Positions 21,613 to 31,337 of a DNA stretch of 64,000 bases are shown in pieces (positions within the stretch are counted from its first letter, which is position 1; each line of letters starts with the position of its first letter). Origin of the DNA: Deltaproteobacteria bacterium (GTDB lineage: Bacteria; Myxococcota; Kuafuiibacteriia; Kuafuiibacteriales; Kuafuiibacteriaceae); assembly GCA_040218735.1 (NCBI GenBank), contig JAVJQW010000023.1, positions 160,001 through 224,000 on the forward strand. The letters are read 5' to 3'. Below the pieces are notes generated by a model that worked only from the letters and a program-made list of their open reading frames with translations, made no database searches and was not told where the DNA came from. The position numbers and the translations under genes are program-made.

Positions 21613-22092
21613 ATGCTTCGGCGCGCTTCGTCGACCTGCTGCCTCTTGTTCGTCCTCGCCTGCGGCGAGGAGCCGGCTCGCTACCCCGCGAGTGACCCGG
21701 GCTCCAACGGGTCGCAAGCGACGGTGACCGTCGAGTTCGAATATCACGCTGCCACCGCGCGCGACGTCGAGGTCACGAGCCGCGCCGTCGAGTGTGCGGC
21801 GCTAGTGGGCCCGACGCACATCCACACCTCCTGGAACGACTACGAGGCCAAGCCGCTGTTCAAGGCCGGCGAGGAGCTGTGGAAGATCACGTACGAAGAC
21901 GTCCCCGTCGGACAGCTGCGCATCCGCGTCAGTGACGCCAACGTCTGCGACGAAAACGCGACGGGCGCCGTCACCGCGCACGCCGTCTACGCCAACGGCG
22001 TGTTGCTCACCGGACGCGTCGACACGCCGGGCAACGGAATCGAACCCGGATTCAAGATGAGGACCGACGCCCAGGGCAACGTCACCCCCTGA
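21613..22092 (+). CDS. Hypothetical lipoprotein
   Basis: Lipobox VLAC; coding-like codon usage. Confidence 0.7.
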   Translation: MLRRASSTCCLLFVLACGEEPARYPASDPGSNGSQATVTVEFEYHAATARDVEVTSRAVECAALVGPTHIHTSWNDYEAKPLFKAGEELWKITYEDVPVGQLRIRVSDANVCDENATGAVTAHAVYANGVLLTGRVDTPGNGIEPGFKMRTDAQGNVTP

Positions 22093-22098
22093 CGCGCG

Positions 22099-23226
22099 CT
22101 ACGCTTCGTAGGCTTCTTCGCCGCCCTCGGCTTCGCCCTCGCCGCCCTCGTCGTCGCCCCAGAAACAGAACGCGAACTTGAGGTACTTCGGGTTGATCTT
22201 CCCGCGCGCCGCGAGCCGTTCCACCCGCAGCAGCACGAGGTCCTGCAGGCGGCGCAGCTTCGCGTCGTCGAGGTCGTCGTTTTCGTTGAGGCGGTAGACG
22301 TACTGCTTGAGGAGCTTGCCGTGCATCCGCGGGATGCGCTGCGCGAGCTGCTGGACGAAGTGCGGTCGTTCTCCGCGACACGACTGCGCCAACCGGAACA
22401 GCCCCGCCTTCTGGAAGAGCTCGCGTTGGAAGCGCTCCTGCGCGTCCGGCGTGTCGGGGCGCGGCTCGGCCTTGAGCCCGAGCACCATCCGCGACAGGAA
22501 CTCGTTCGCCTCGTTGATGTCCATCGCGTCGCGTTCCTCGGTCTCCTTGACCGCCGCGATCAGCTCCTCGGACGCCTGGCGCGTGAGCTTGCTCCCCAGC
22601 TCTGCGAGCGAACGTCGCCCCATCGTCGAGAACGCGGCCGCGAGCTGGTCGATCCCCATCGCGCGCACGAGCTGGACGAGCTCCCGCGCGTCGAACAGCG
22701 CGATGTCCTTGAAGTAGAAGTTCGTCGGCTCACTCGGCGGCTGCGGCATCGAAGCGAACTTCGATTCGAACTTCTGCCGCACCAGCCGCATGACCTCGAG
22801 CCGCGTCCCCTTCAGGTCTTCCTTGCTCGGGACCTTCTGCCGCACCTTGGTCGGTAGCTGCGACAGGATGCGGCTCCGCGCTCCGGACGACAGCTGCGCG
22901 AGGATGATGCCGATCGTGAGCGGCTGCTCGCCCTTCACCGCCTGCAGCAACCACGAAGGATCGATCTGCTCGAGCCCCGCGAGCCCCGCGAACTGGATCA
23001 ACCGACGCATCTCGCGCACCACCGCCGCGACGCGGTGATCCGGCTCGAGCTCGAGGAGCGCTTCGGCGCGGTCTTGGATGAGGAAGGCGTCGTCGTCGCC
23101 GAGCAGCTCGAGGAGCGGCAAGTCCTCCTGCCCCCCCTGCGTGAAGATGGTCGCGAGGAGCATCGTGTTCCGCGGGTTGAGCGGATAGAACAGGTTCGCG
23201 GAAGCTCCGAGACCCGGCGAGACCAT
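22099..23226 (-). CDS. SctK/FliG-like T3SS sorting-platform adaptor candidate
   Basis: IDPSWL followed by FliG-M-like EQPLTIGIILAQL...RSRILSQLP. Lies directly downstream of sctJ, where SctK usually sits. Confidence 0.6.
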   Translation of the reverse strand: MVSPGLGASANLFYPLNPRNTMLLATIFTQGGQEDLPLLELLGDDDAFLIQDRAEALLELEPDHRVAAVVREMRRLIQFAGLAGLEQIDPSWLLQAVKGEQPLTIGIILAQLSSGARSRILSQLPTKVRQKVPSKEDLKGTRLEVMRLVRQKFESKFASMPQPPSEPTNFYFKDIALFDARELVQLVRAMGIDQLAAAFSTMGRRSLAELGSKLTRQASEELIAAVKETEERDAMDINEANEFLSRMVLGLKAEPRPDTPDAQERFQRELFQKAGLFRLAQSCRGERPHFVQQLAQRIPRMHGKLLKQYVYRLNENDDLDDAKLRRLQDLVLLRVERLAARGKINPKYLKFAFCFWGDDEGGEGEAEGGEEAYEA

Positions 23227-23229
23227 CGC

Positions 23230-24075
23230 TTACTTCCGGTGCTGCTGGAACTGCGCGGTGAGGCGCGTGAGGTCCTTGCGGTAGCGCATCGCGCGGAGCA
23301 CCGCGATCACCGCCATGCCGGCGAGCACACCCGCCACGACGATCGCGCCGAGCAGCAGGTTAATGACCTTCCTCTTGTTGCCCTCGCACAGCGTGATGCC
23401 GATGACCGACTCCTTCTTGCAGTGCGTGCGCGGGTTCGGAGGCGGGGGGTTCGGGTTGTTCGGATCGCGCGTCTTGACGACCGATTCGTTGGACCGCGGC
23501 GTGAGCATCACGCTCACTTCACCCGACTTGATCTCCGGCACCGCGGCGTACGCGAAGCGCTGCACGTCCTCCTGCGTGAACGGGGGCGCACCCGCGTCAT
23601 CCGGCTGGAACACCACGATCACCGACGCCTTCGGGCGCGGCGGCTCCGCCGTCGGGTCGCGCAGCGGGTTGTCGATCGGGATGCTGACCACCGCCTTCAC
23701 GTCGACGACGCGCGGCAGGTCGCGCAGGGCGTTGATGATGTCGCCGCGGATCGCGACCTGCTTCTTCAGGAGCTGCTGCTCGGGCGTGGGGATCATGCCG
23801 CCTTCGAGCAGATCCGCCGACTCCGTCGCCGGTTTGTCCGGCAGGTTGAACTCGCTGAGGATCGACAGTGCCCCGTGGGAGTCCGTCTCGGGGACCATCA
23901 CGTTGAACGCGAGCTCACGCGAGTCCTCGTCCTTGAGCTTCACGGCCTCGACCCCGCGGTCCTTCAGGATCTTCACGATCCGGTTGGCCTGCCGCTCGGT
24001 CTGTTGGTGGGCGATCGTCTCCTGCGCACAGGCCATACCGGTCAGCGCGAGGGCCAAGATCAGGACACGCCACAT
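23230..24075 (-). CDS. sctJ: Type III secretion inner-ring lipoprotein SctJ (YscJ/EscJ/FliF family)
   Basis: Lipobox GMAC; ERQANRIVKIL, ALSILSEFNLP, GMIPTPEQQ, LPRVVDVKAVVSIP, PKASVIV; C-terminal TM. Confidence 0.88.
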   Translation of the reverse strand: MWRVLILALALTGMACAQETIAHQQTERQANRIVKILKDRGVEAVKLKDEDSRELAFNVMVPETDSHGALSILSEFNLPDKPATESADLLEGGMIPTPEQQLLKKQVAIRGDIINALRDLPRVVDVKAVVSIPIDNPLRDPTAEPPRPKASVIVVFQPDDAGAPPFTQEDVQRFAYAAVPEIKSGEVSVMLTPRSNESVVKTRDPNNPNPPPPNPRTHCKKESVIGITLCEGNKRKVINLLLGAIVVAGVLAGMAVIAVLRAMRYRKDLTRLTAQFQQHRK

Positions 24076-24122
24076 CGGAAGACAAGAGGTACCACGGCCG
24101 TTCGGCCCCGAGCAAAAACCGT

Positions 24123-25661
24123 TCAATTACCGCCCCCTCCCGTCAGTGCCCCACCGGCTATCGTCAGCAACGTCTTGAGGTCTTCATCGTTGAACCGGAC
24201 CCCGAGGCCCAGGAAGTAGTCGATCGTGCCCGGGTTCAGCGGGTCGTCGACGCCGCCGTGCGCGTAGACGTGCGGCACGACCTCGAACAGCGCGAGCGCC
24301 TTGGTCCGCGGGAAGCGGGCCTCCTCGCCGAACCGGTTGACGTCCAAGAGGATCTCCAGCCGGTCGTCGAAGAAGTGCATGTTGGCGCCGATGCCGCCGG
24401 TGCCTTCGATGATCCCGAACCGCAGCGACAGCCAGTAGTACCGCTTCGCGAACTGCAGCGAGAAGTTGAGCCCGTCGCGCGTGGTCGTCCGACGCTCGCG
24501 GTACTGGAACGCACGCCCCAGCTCCGGCGAGGTGGTCTGCACGTCCTCGATGACCGTGTCGCGCACGCCGCGTGGATCGTCGACGACCTCGAAGATGTAC
24601 GACTTGTCCTCGCGGGGCGACAGGACGAACTGCACGTAGTTCTTCGTCGACGCGGTGCGGAACTGGTACTCGCTGCGGAGGTTCACCCAGGTCTGCAGCC
24701 GAGAGATGCCGCCCACGAGCGAGTTCACGCCCTCCGCGGCTTCGTTGATGTTCTGGTAGATGCCCTCATCGTTGACGAGCTTGCCGACGGTGCCCTCGCC
24801 TTCGTCGATCTTCGCGGTGATCGAGGCGATGTTCTCCAGCGACCGGTTCATCGTCTCGAGCGTCTGCTTGAGCGACTTCACGGAGTCCTTGATCTCTTCC
24901 TTGTTCTGACCCGCGACGATGGTCTCGATCTGCTCCGACGTCCGCCGCACCGACTCCGCGATCGCGCGGGTGTCGCGGACGATCGCCTCCACGTCGCGTT
25001 CCTTGCCGCGCGAGATCGAAGACAGGTCCGCGGTGAACGACTCGATGTTCGCGAGGATCTTGTCGAGCTTCTCGGTGTTGTCGCCGATGTTCATCGACAC
25101 CTCTTCCAACACCTTGCGCGCGGCCGCCGCCGACCCCTGCACGTCGAGAACGATCTGTTCGAGCGGCGCCGGCTCCCCCGGCCTGCCCTTCACGAGCTTG
25201 CCGATCGACTCCGACATCTCGCGGACCTCCATCACGATGGCGTCCACGTTCGACAGCGACTTCACGTTCTTGATCTCGCCGCCGTTCTGGAGGCGCGCGG
25301 TCGACGGAGAGCCCGGCTCGACGGCGAGCTTGTAGTCACCGAGCAGCGAGATCGCGACCTTCTCGATCGACGCGTCGTCGTAGAGCTGGACCTCCTCGTC
25401 GATCTCCAGCGTCACCTGCGCCTTCCCGTCGACGAGCTTGATCTCCTTGATGCGCCCGATGTCGATGCCGGCGATCTGCACCGGCGACTTCTCCTCGAGC
25501 CCGAGCACGTCGTCGAAGTTCGCGCTCACCTCGTACGCGTCCGCGCTGCCGAGGCTGCGCGTCGAAACGACCTGCATGAACGCGCCGAACGCCACGAACG
25601 ACCCCGCGACGAGCAACCCCACCTTGAACGGGGTCAGGACCTTGGTTGCGCCGTCCGCCAT
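24123..25661 (-). CDS. mlaD: MCE/MlaD family lipid transport protein
   Basis: KVGLLV TM, FDDVLGLEEKSPVQIAGIDIGRI, SLLGDY, GEGTVGKLVND. Confidence 0.9.
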   Translation of the reverse strand: MADGATKVLTPFKVGLLVAGSFVAFGAFMQVVSTRSLGSADAYEVSANFDDVLGLEEKSPVQIAGIDIGRIKEIKLVDGKAQVTLEIDEEVQLYDDASIEKVAISLLGDYKLAVEPGSPSTARLQNGGEIKNVKSLSNVDAIVMEVREMSESIGKLVKGRPGEPAPLEQIVLDVQGSAAAARKVLEEVSMNIGDNTEKLDKILANIESFTADLSSISRGKERDVEAIVRDTRAIAESVRRTSEQIETIVAGQNKEEIKDSVKSLKQTLETMNRSLENIASITAKIDEGEGTVGKLVNDEGIYQNINEAAEGVNSLVGGISRLQTWVNLRSEYQFRTASTKNYVQFVLSPREDKSYIFEVVDDPRGVRDTVIEDVQTTSPELGRAFQYRERRTTTRDGLNFSLQFAKRYYWLSLRFGIIEGTGGIGANMHFFDDRLEILLDVNRFGEEARFPRTKALALFEVVPHVYAHGGVDDPLNPGTIDYFLGLGVRFNDEDLKTLLTIAGGALTGGGGN

Positions 25662-26414
25662 TCAGTTCTTCCTGAACCAGGTCCCCAGGAACTGCTGCAC
25701 GAACTCGTGGTCCGCGGCCTTCACCTTGTCCGGCGCGCCGTACGCCACGATCTCCCCGTTGTAGAGGAACGCGATCCGGTCCGCGATGTTGAAGGACGAG
25801 GCGATGTCGTGGCTGATGACGACACTCGTCACCTTCAGCTTGTCCTTCGCGCGTTTGATCATCTCGTCCACGTAGTCCGTCGTGATCGGATCGAGGCCCG
25901 TCGTCGGCTCGTCGTACAGCACGATCTTCGGGTCCATGATGATGGCACGAGCCAGACCGACACGTTTGCGCATACCACCCGACAAATCGGCGGGGAACTT
26001 GTCTTCGATGCCCTCCAGACCGAACAGCGCGAGCTTCTCGGCCACCAGCTCGCGGACCTGCGCGTCCGTCAGGTCCTTGCGGTGCTCCCGCAGCGGGAAC
26101 GCGACGTTGTCGAGCACGTTCATCGAGTCGAACAGCGCCGCCCACTGGAAAACCATGCCGAACTTCGCGCGCATCCGCGTGAGGTCCTCGCCCTCGAGCT
26201 TGGAGACATCCTCACCGTCGACGACGACCTTCCCCTCGTCGGGGTGCAGCAGGCCGATCAGGTGCTTCATCAGGACGGACTTGCCGCTCCCGGAACCACC
26301 GAGGATCACCGTCGTCGTCCCTACGGGGAAGTCGAGCGAGATGCCGCGCAGGACGTGGTTCCTCCCGAAGCTCTTGTGAACGTTCGTGGTCTGGATGATC
26401 GCCTCGTCGCTCAT
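25662..26414 (-). CDS. mlaF: MlaF ABC ATPase
   Basis: GGSGSGKS, FQWAALFDS, LSGGMRKRVGLARA, YDEPTTGLDP. Confidence 0.93.
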   Translation of the reverse strand: MSDEAIIQTTNVHKSFGRNHVLRGISLDFPVGTTTVILGGSGSGKSVLMKHLIGLLHPDEGKVVVDGEDVSKLEGEDLTRMRAKFGMVFQWAALFDSMNVLDNVAFPLREHRKDLTDAQVRELVAEKLALFGLEGIEDKFPADLSGGMRKRVGLARAIIMDPKIVLYDEPTTGLDPITTDYVDEMIKRAKDKLKVTSVVISHDIASSFNIADRIAFLYNGEIVAYGAPDKVKAADHEFVQQFLGTWFRKN

Positions 26415-27244
26415 CAGTCCCACACCACCAGCAAGAAGCTCGTGAGCACGTAGTCGAGCACGAGGATCATCACCGACCCCGCGACCACGGTGCGCGTCGC
26501 CGCGAGCCCGACACCGCGTGAGCCGCCGCTCGCGTTCATGCCCTTCTGACAGGCGATCAGCGCGATCGCGAAGCCGAACACCGCCGACTTCATCAGCCCG
26601 CCCGCCAGATCCGTGAACTCCACGATCTGGTGGATGCGGCCCATGAACGTGCCCTCGTTGATGCCGGCCTGGAACACCGAGACGATGTACGCGCCCACGA
26701 AGCCGACCGCGTTGAAGAGCATCGTGAGCATCGGCATCATCAGCGTCATCGCGAGCACGCGGGGGACGACGAGGTACTGAACGGGCGACACCGCCATCGT
26801 CGACAGCGCGTCGATCTGCTCGGTGACGCGCATCGTGCCGAGCTCGGTCGCGATCGCGGACCCGGCGCGCCCCGTGACCATCAACCCGGTGAGCACCGGC
26901 GCCAGCTCGCGGCACAGGGAGATGACGACCGTCGCGCCGACCAGCGACTCGGCGGAGAACTTCGCGAACGCAAACGAGGACTGGAGCGCGAAGACCAGGC
27001 CGGTGAACAGACCGGTCAGCAGGACGATGAACAGCGAGCCGACCCCGATGAACTCACACTGGGTGAGGAACAGCCCGATGCGGAACGGGGGCCGGAACAT
27101 CCAGCTGACGCTCTGAAAGAAGAGCATCGCCGTCTCGCCGATCTCGGTGAAGCTCTCGATCACGACCGTGCCGAGGCTCTCGAAGGGCGACCGGAGGACC
27201 TGCACGACCGCGGACGGCTTGTCTTCGGCCGACTCCGACGTCAC
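26414..27244 (-). CDS. mlaE: MlaE ABC permease
   Basis: RELAPVLTGLMVTGRAGSAIATELGTMRVTEQIDAL, GVGLAATRTVV. Confidence 0.94.
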   Translation of the reverse strand: MTSESAEDKPSAVVQVLRSPFESLGTVVIESFTEIGETAMLFFQSVSWMFRPPFRIGLFLTQCEFIGVGSLFIVLLTGLFTGLVFALQSSFAFAKFSAESLVGATVVISLCRELAPVLTGLMVTGRAGSAIATELGTMRVTEQIDALSTMAVSPVQYLVVPRVLAMTLMMPMLTMLFNAVGFVGAYIVSVFQAGINEGTFMGRIHQIVEFTDLAGGLMKSAVFGFAIALIACQKGMNASGGSRGVGLAATRTVVAGSVMILVLDYVLTSFLLVVWD

Positions 27245-27334
27245 GGGCCGGAGGCTAGCGAGTGGCGCGCAGCAAAGCCAGCTATCGACGGGACTGGCTG
27301 AGGTGGCCGGTTTGCCGCTAGGATCCCGCCCGGC

Positions 27335-28927
27335 TTGGCGGACAAGGACGGCAGCGCGGATCGAATCATCGGGATCGACCTCGGGATGACCTCCGTCATC
27401 ACGGCGTTCGTGCCCGGACCAGGCCAGCCGCCGACGGTGATCCCGGCGGAGAAGGGGTTGCCCACCCTCGCCTCGGTGGTGGCCTTCAAGGACGGCGGCC
27501 GCCCCGTCGTGGGCCGCTCCGCCCACGACATGCTCACGACGGCCCCTTCCCAGACCGTCACCGGCATCAAGCGCCTCCTCGGGCGCAAGGCGAAGTCACA
27601 GGCGGTACGGGATCTCGACGCGCGGGTGGGCTTCGAGATCATCGAGACCAAGGGCGGCGACGCGGCGGTGAAGATCGCGGACCGGGAGATCCGGGTGCCG
27701 GAGGTCGCGGGCATCCTGCTCGACCAGGCGCGGCGCTTCGCCGAGAAGCACCTCGAGGACCAGGTCCGGCAGTGTGTGATCGCGGTCCCAGCCTACTTCA
27801 ACGACGTGCAGAAGGCCGCGGTCCGCGAGGCGGGTGAGCTCGCGGGGCTGAAGGTCCGCAAGCTGGTCCACGAGCCGACGGCCGTCGCGCTCGCGTACGG
27901 CTACAACAAGGGCGGGGACGCGCGGATCGTCATCGTCGACATGGGCGGCATCCGGCTGGACGTGTCGGTCATGGAGATCGCCGGCAACGTGTTCGACGTC
28001 GTCGCGACCGGCGGCGATCCGTACCTCGGCGGCGCGAACATCGACGCGCGCATCGCCGAGTGGATCCTGCAGAACATCAAGAAGAAACACGGGCGCGACC
28101 TCACGCAGGAGCCGCGCCTGCTGCAGAAGGTCCGCACTGCGGCGGAACAGGCGAAGCGGGAGCTGTCGCGCTGCAAGGCGGTGGACCTGCAGATCCCGCT
28201 GTCGGTCGGGACGAAGACCTCGAAGGCGAAGCTCGGTCTGCTGCGCCTGCACCTGTCGACGCTCGAGGAGCTCGGTCAGGACATCGTCAAACGCGTGCTC
28301 GACACCGTGAAGCGCACGCTGATGGAGCGCGGGCTCAAGGTGAGCGACGTCGACGACGTCATCCTCGTCGGCGGCGCCACGCGGATGCCGCTCCTCAAGA
28401 AGAGCGTCGAAGGGCTCTTCAACAAGGAGGCGCGCGCGAGCTTGCCGCCGGAGGAGGTCGTATCACTCGGCGCGGCGTTGCTCGCGGACAGCCTGCGGCG
28501 TGACCGGCAGATCAACCTCGACGTCGTCGAAGAGTCGATCGGCATCGCCCTCGCCGACGGCCGCTACATGCGCATCATCGACAAGGACAGCAAGCTCCCC
28601 ATCACGCGCCGCGTGATGATCCCGACGGTGCGCGACAACCAGAAGTCGCTCGAGCTCGACCTGTTCGAGGGCGACGAGGACGACATCATCGAGACCGAGT
28701 ACCTCGGCACGGTCGTCTACCAGGAGATCGGCGACGCGAAGGCCGGCGAGGCAAAGGTCATCGTCGACATGGCGCTCGACCAGGAGCGGGTGTTGAAGAT
28801 CAGCTCACCGGAGGAAGGGCGCGAAGGGGAGTCGTTTGTGTTCCACACGAAGGGCCACAAGAAACGGGCGAAGCGGAAGACGGTGAAGCCGTCGTTCGCG
28901 GTCGCCGAAGGTTCCCCGCGCACCTGA
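27335..28927 (+). CDS. Atypical Hsp70/DnaK-family protein
   Basis: IIGIDLG, VPAYFND, HEPTAVALAYG, GDPYLGG, VILVGGATRMP, TVRDNQ; 530 aa, no lid. Confidence 0.9.
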   Translation: MADKDGSADRIIGIDLGMTSVITAFVPGPGQPPTVIPAEKGLPTLASVVAFKDGGRPVVGRSAHDMLTTAPSQTVTGIKRLLGRKAKSQAVRDLDARVGFEIIETKGGDAAVKIADREIRVPEVAGILLDQARRFAEKHLEDQVRQCVIAVPAYFNDVQKAAVREAGELAGLKVRKLVHEPTAVALAYGYNKGGDARIVIVDMGGIRLDVSVMEIAGNVFDVVATGGDPYLGGANIDARIAEWILQNIKKKHGRDLTQEPRLLQKVRTAAEQAKRELSRCKAVDLQIPLSVGTKTSKAKLGLLRLHLSTLEELGQDIVKRVLDTVKRTLMERGLKVSDVDDVILVGGATRMPLLKKSVEGLFNKEARASLPPEEVVSLGAALLADSLRRDRQINLDVVEESIGIALADGRYMRIIDKDSKLPITRRVMIPTVRDNQKSLELDLFEGDEDDIIETEYLGTVVYQEIGDAKAGEAKVIVDMALDQERVLKISSPEEGREGESFVFHTKGHKKRAKRKTVKPSFAVAEGSPRT

Positions 28928-28978
28928 GTCCTGCGGATAGTCACCCCAAACCGGGGCTAATCCCGGTAGGGTCTGGGC

Positions 28979-31327
28979 GTGCGTCGCCTCGGTCCGATCC
29001 TCGCCCTCGTGCTGTGCGCGTGCCCCGACGCGGGCACCTCCGATCTCATCGGACAAGACGGTAGCGTTTGGCCACCGCCGGACGGCGGGCAGGTCGCGCC
29101 GCGACGCGACGGCGGATCTTCACGCCCGCGCGACGGTGGACGTCGCGACGCAGGCACCCACGACGCCGGCTCGCTGATGTGCCAGACCCCGCCCGACTGC
29201 GACGGCTGCGCCGACGACGGGGAGTGCTGTTACTTCTCACTCAACTGCCGGCCCGAGAGCCGGTGCAACGTGCCGGACGACCCGGCGTACGACCCGAGTC
29301 ATCCGGACGACGTCTGCGTGCGGGGCTGCGCTTCGAACGCCGACTGCACGCCGGGGAGCTACTGCGACAGCACCGGCCGGTGCCTCCCGCGCCCCTGCCA
29401 AGGGCAACACCAGTGCGGCATACGTGAGCTCTGCGTCGGCGGCGAGTGCGTCCCAACCGGCAGCGTCCCGGAGGTCGTCGCGTGCGCAGTCGTCCCAACC
29501 CACGCCGTCACCACGACGGGACGACGGGTCCGCGCACCGGTCGTCGGATACGACGCATCCGGTCGAGGGGTTCCGTTCGCGGGCCTGATCTGGACCTCGA
29601 GCGATAGGATGGTCGCGTCGGTCGCGGCCGGCAGCTTGATCGAAGGCGGCGCGGTGGCCGGCACCGCGACCATCACCGTCACGCACGGAGCCGTCGTGTG
29701 CGACGGCGCGCTCCTCGTCACCAACCACGCGCCGCTCACCGGGCAACAGATCCGCGTCGTGGTGGTCGACGCGCGCACGGAGGCGCCGGTCGCGGGCGCA
29801 AACGTCACCCTCGTCGCGGGCGGCCCGACGGTCGCCTCGACCGACGCGCGGGGGGCGGCGATGTTCATACAGGGCATCGTGGCGCCCACGTCCGTGACCG
29901 TGTCCGCGCCCGGCTACGCGGTCGTCTCGGTCCTGGAGCCGCCGGTGGACGACCTCGTCGTCGCGCTCCCGCCGATCGCACAAACGTCGGCCGCCGGGTT
30001 CCGCGGCACGGTGGACGTGAGCGCGTCGCGCGCCTCGGACATGAAGGTGGCGTTGACGAGCGCCTCGCTGTCCTCGGACATGCTCACGTTGGGCCGGTTC
30101 CCCTTCGGCGGCGCGCCCGAGCCGATCCAGATCAACGCCCCCGAGCTCGGCTTCGACGGGATCTACTCGATGCCGGCCGGGCTCAGCATGGCGCTCGGCA
30201 CCTCCGATCTCACCGGCGGACCGGATCGCTGCTACGGCATCCCGGTGCCGCCGGGTTCGGTGGGGTGCCACCTCGCACGAGGCCGCCACGGCGCCGGTGC
30301 GGGGTGGGCGCTCGGCGGGCAGCTTCGTCTCTCGCAGGTCACGGCGCTCGCGAACGAGCTGTCGGCGATCATGGAGGGCGAACCGGTGCCGCCGTCAGCG
30401 CTGCTCGCGATCGCGCGCCTCGGCTCGGGGCTGCGCCACGGGGTCGCGCCCTACGTGCCGTTCACGCCGACGCCCTACGTGCCGCGCGGCGTGAGTGTCG
30501 ACTGCAGCGACCCCGACCTCGCCGACTACGCCGATGTCTGTCGCCCCGACTTCGGCGCCTGGCCCCGCTTCGACGTGGAAGCCGCGCAGCCGCAGAACGT
30601 CTACGCGACGATCGACGCCCCCGGGCTCCCGCTCACGAGCGGCACCGCCTGCGCCGACACCCTCACGCTCATGGCCGCGACGCGCCTCCCCGGCCGCGGC
30701 ATCGTCCCGCTGGGCTTCGGCGTCGGCTTCGACACCCTCGACGAGACCGGCACGCCCGACTGCGTCGTCGAGGGCGCCGAGCAGCCGTTCGGCCCGACCT
30801 CACCACCGCTCGACGACGGGGAGATCGCGTTGATCTCCGCCACGCGCCACCACGGCCTCGAGGCCGGCGACCTCATGTTGATCGGGATCGCGCGCGACAC
30901 GGACGGCGACCGCTATGGGCGCTCTGTCCGCAGACGGATCGTCGCTGACATCGGGAACCGCACGACCCTGAACGGGGTCCTCATGGCGCGTCCCGACGCC
31001 GAGCTGAGCGTGCCGAGCGCGAGGCTCGCGTTCATCACGAACGCCGGCCACCGGACGCGAACGGAGATCTTCGGCGACGGCTCGGCGTGGATCGTCTACG
31101 CCCCCGCGTTCCCGAAGGAGGTCACGCTCCCCGACGTCCCCGCCGGCCGCGCGGTGCTCGCCTCGATGCAGGGCGCGATCTTCGCGCAGATCGAAATGGA
31201 GCGGAACATCACCGAGCCCTTCGACCTCGCCGCACCGGTCCACGCACACCACACGATCGACTACGTGACCGCGTTCGCGACGAGCTCGTGCGTCCGCAAC
31301 CCGGCCGACACCTGCGCCGCACCGTAG
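28979..31327 (+). CDS. Large Cys-rich lipoprotein with Ig-like (Big_2) and carboxypeptidase-regulatory-like domains
   Basis: Lipobox LCAC, Cys repeats, WTSSDRMVASV, VVDARTEAPVAGANV. Confidence 0.75.
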   Translation: MRRLGPILALVLCACPDAGTSDLIGQDGSVWPPPDGGQVAPRRDGGSSRPRDGGRRDAGTHDAGSLMCQTPPDCDGCADDGECCYFSLNCRPESRCNVPDDPAYDPSHPDDVCVRGCASNADCTPGSYCDSTGRCLPRPCQGQHQCGIRELCVGGECVPTGSVPEVVACAVVPTHAVTTTGRRVRAPVVGYDASGRGVPFAGLIWTSSDRMVASVAAGSLIEGGAVAGTATITVTHGAVVCDGALLVTNHAPLTGQQIRVVVVDARTEAPVAGANVTLVAGGPTVASTDARGAAMFIQGIVAPTSVTVSAPGYAVVSVLEPPVDDLVVALPPIAQTSAAGFRGTVDVSASRASDMKVALTSASLSSDMLTLGRFPFGGAPEPIQINAPELGFDGIYSMPAGLSMALGTSDLTGGPDRCYGIPVPPGSVGCHLARGRHGAGAGWALGGQLRLSQVTALANELSAIMEGEPVPPSALLAIARLGSGLRHGVAPYVPFTPTPYVPRGVSVDCSDPDLADYADVCRPDFGAWPRFDVEAAQPQNVYATIDAPGLPLTSGTACADTLTLMAATRLPGRGIVPLGFGVGFDTLDETGTPDCVVEGAEQPFGPTSPPLDDGEIALISATRHHGLEAGDLMLIGIARDTDGDRYGRSVRRRIVADIGNRTTLNGVLMARPDAELSVPSARLAFITNAGHRTRTEIFGDGSAWIVYAPAFPKEVTLPDVPAGRAVLASMQGAIFAQIEMERNITEPFDLAAPVHAHHTIDYVTAFATSSCVRNPADTCAAP

Positions 31328-31337
31328 CCCTCGACGA

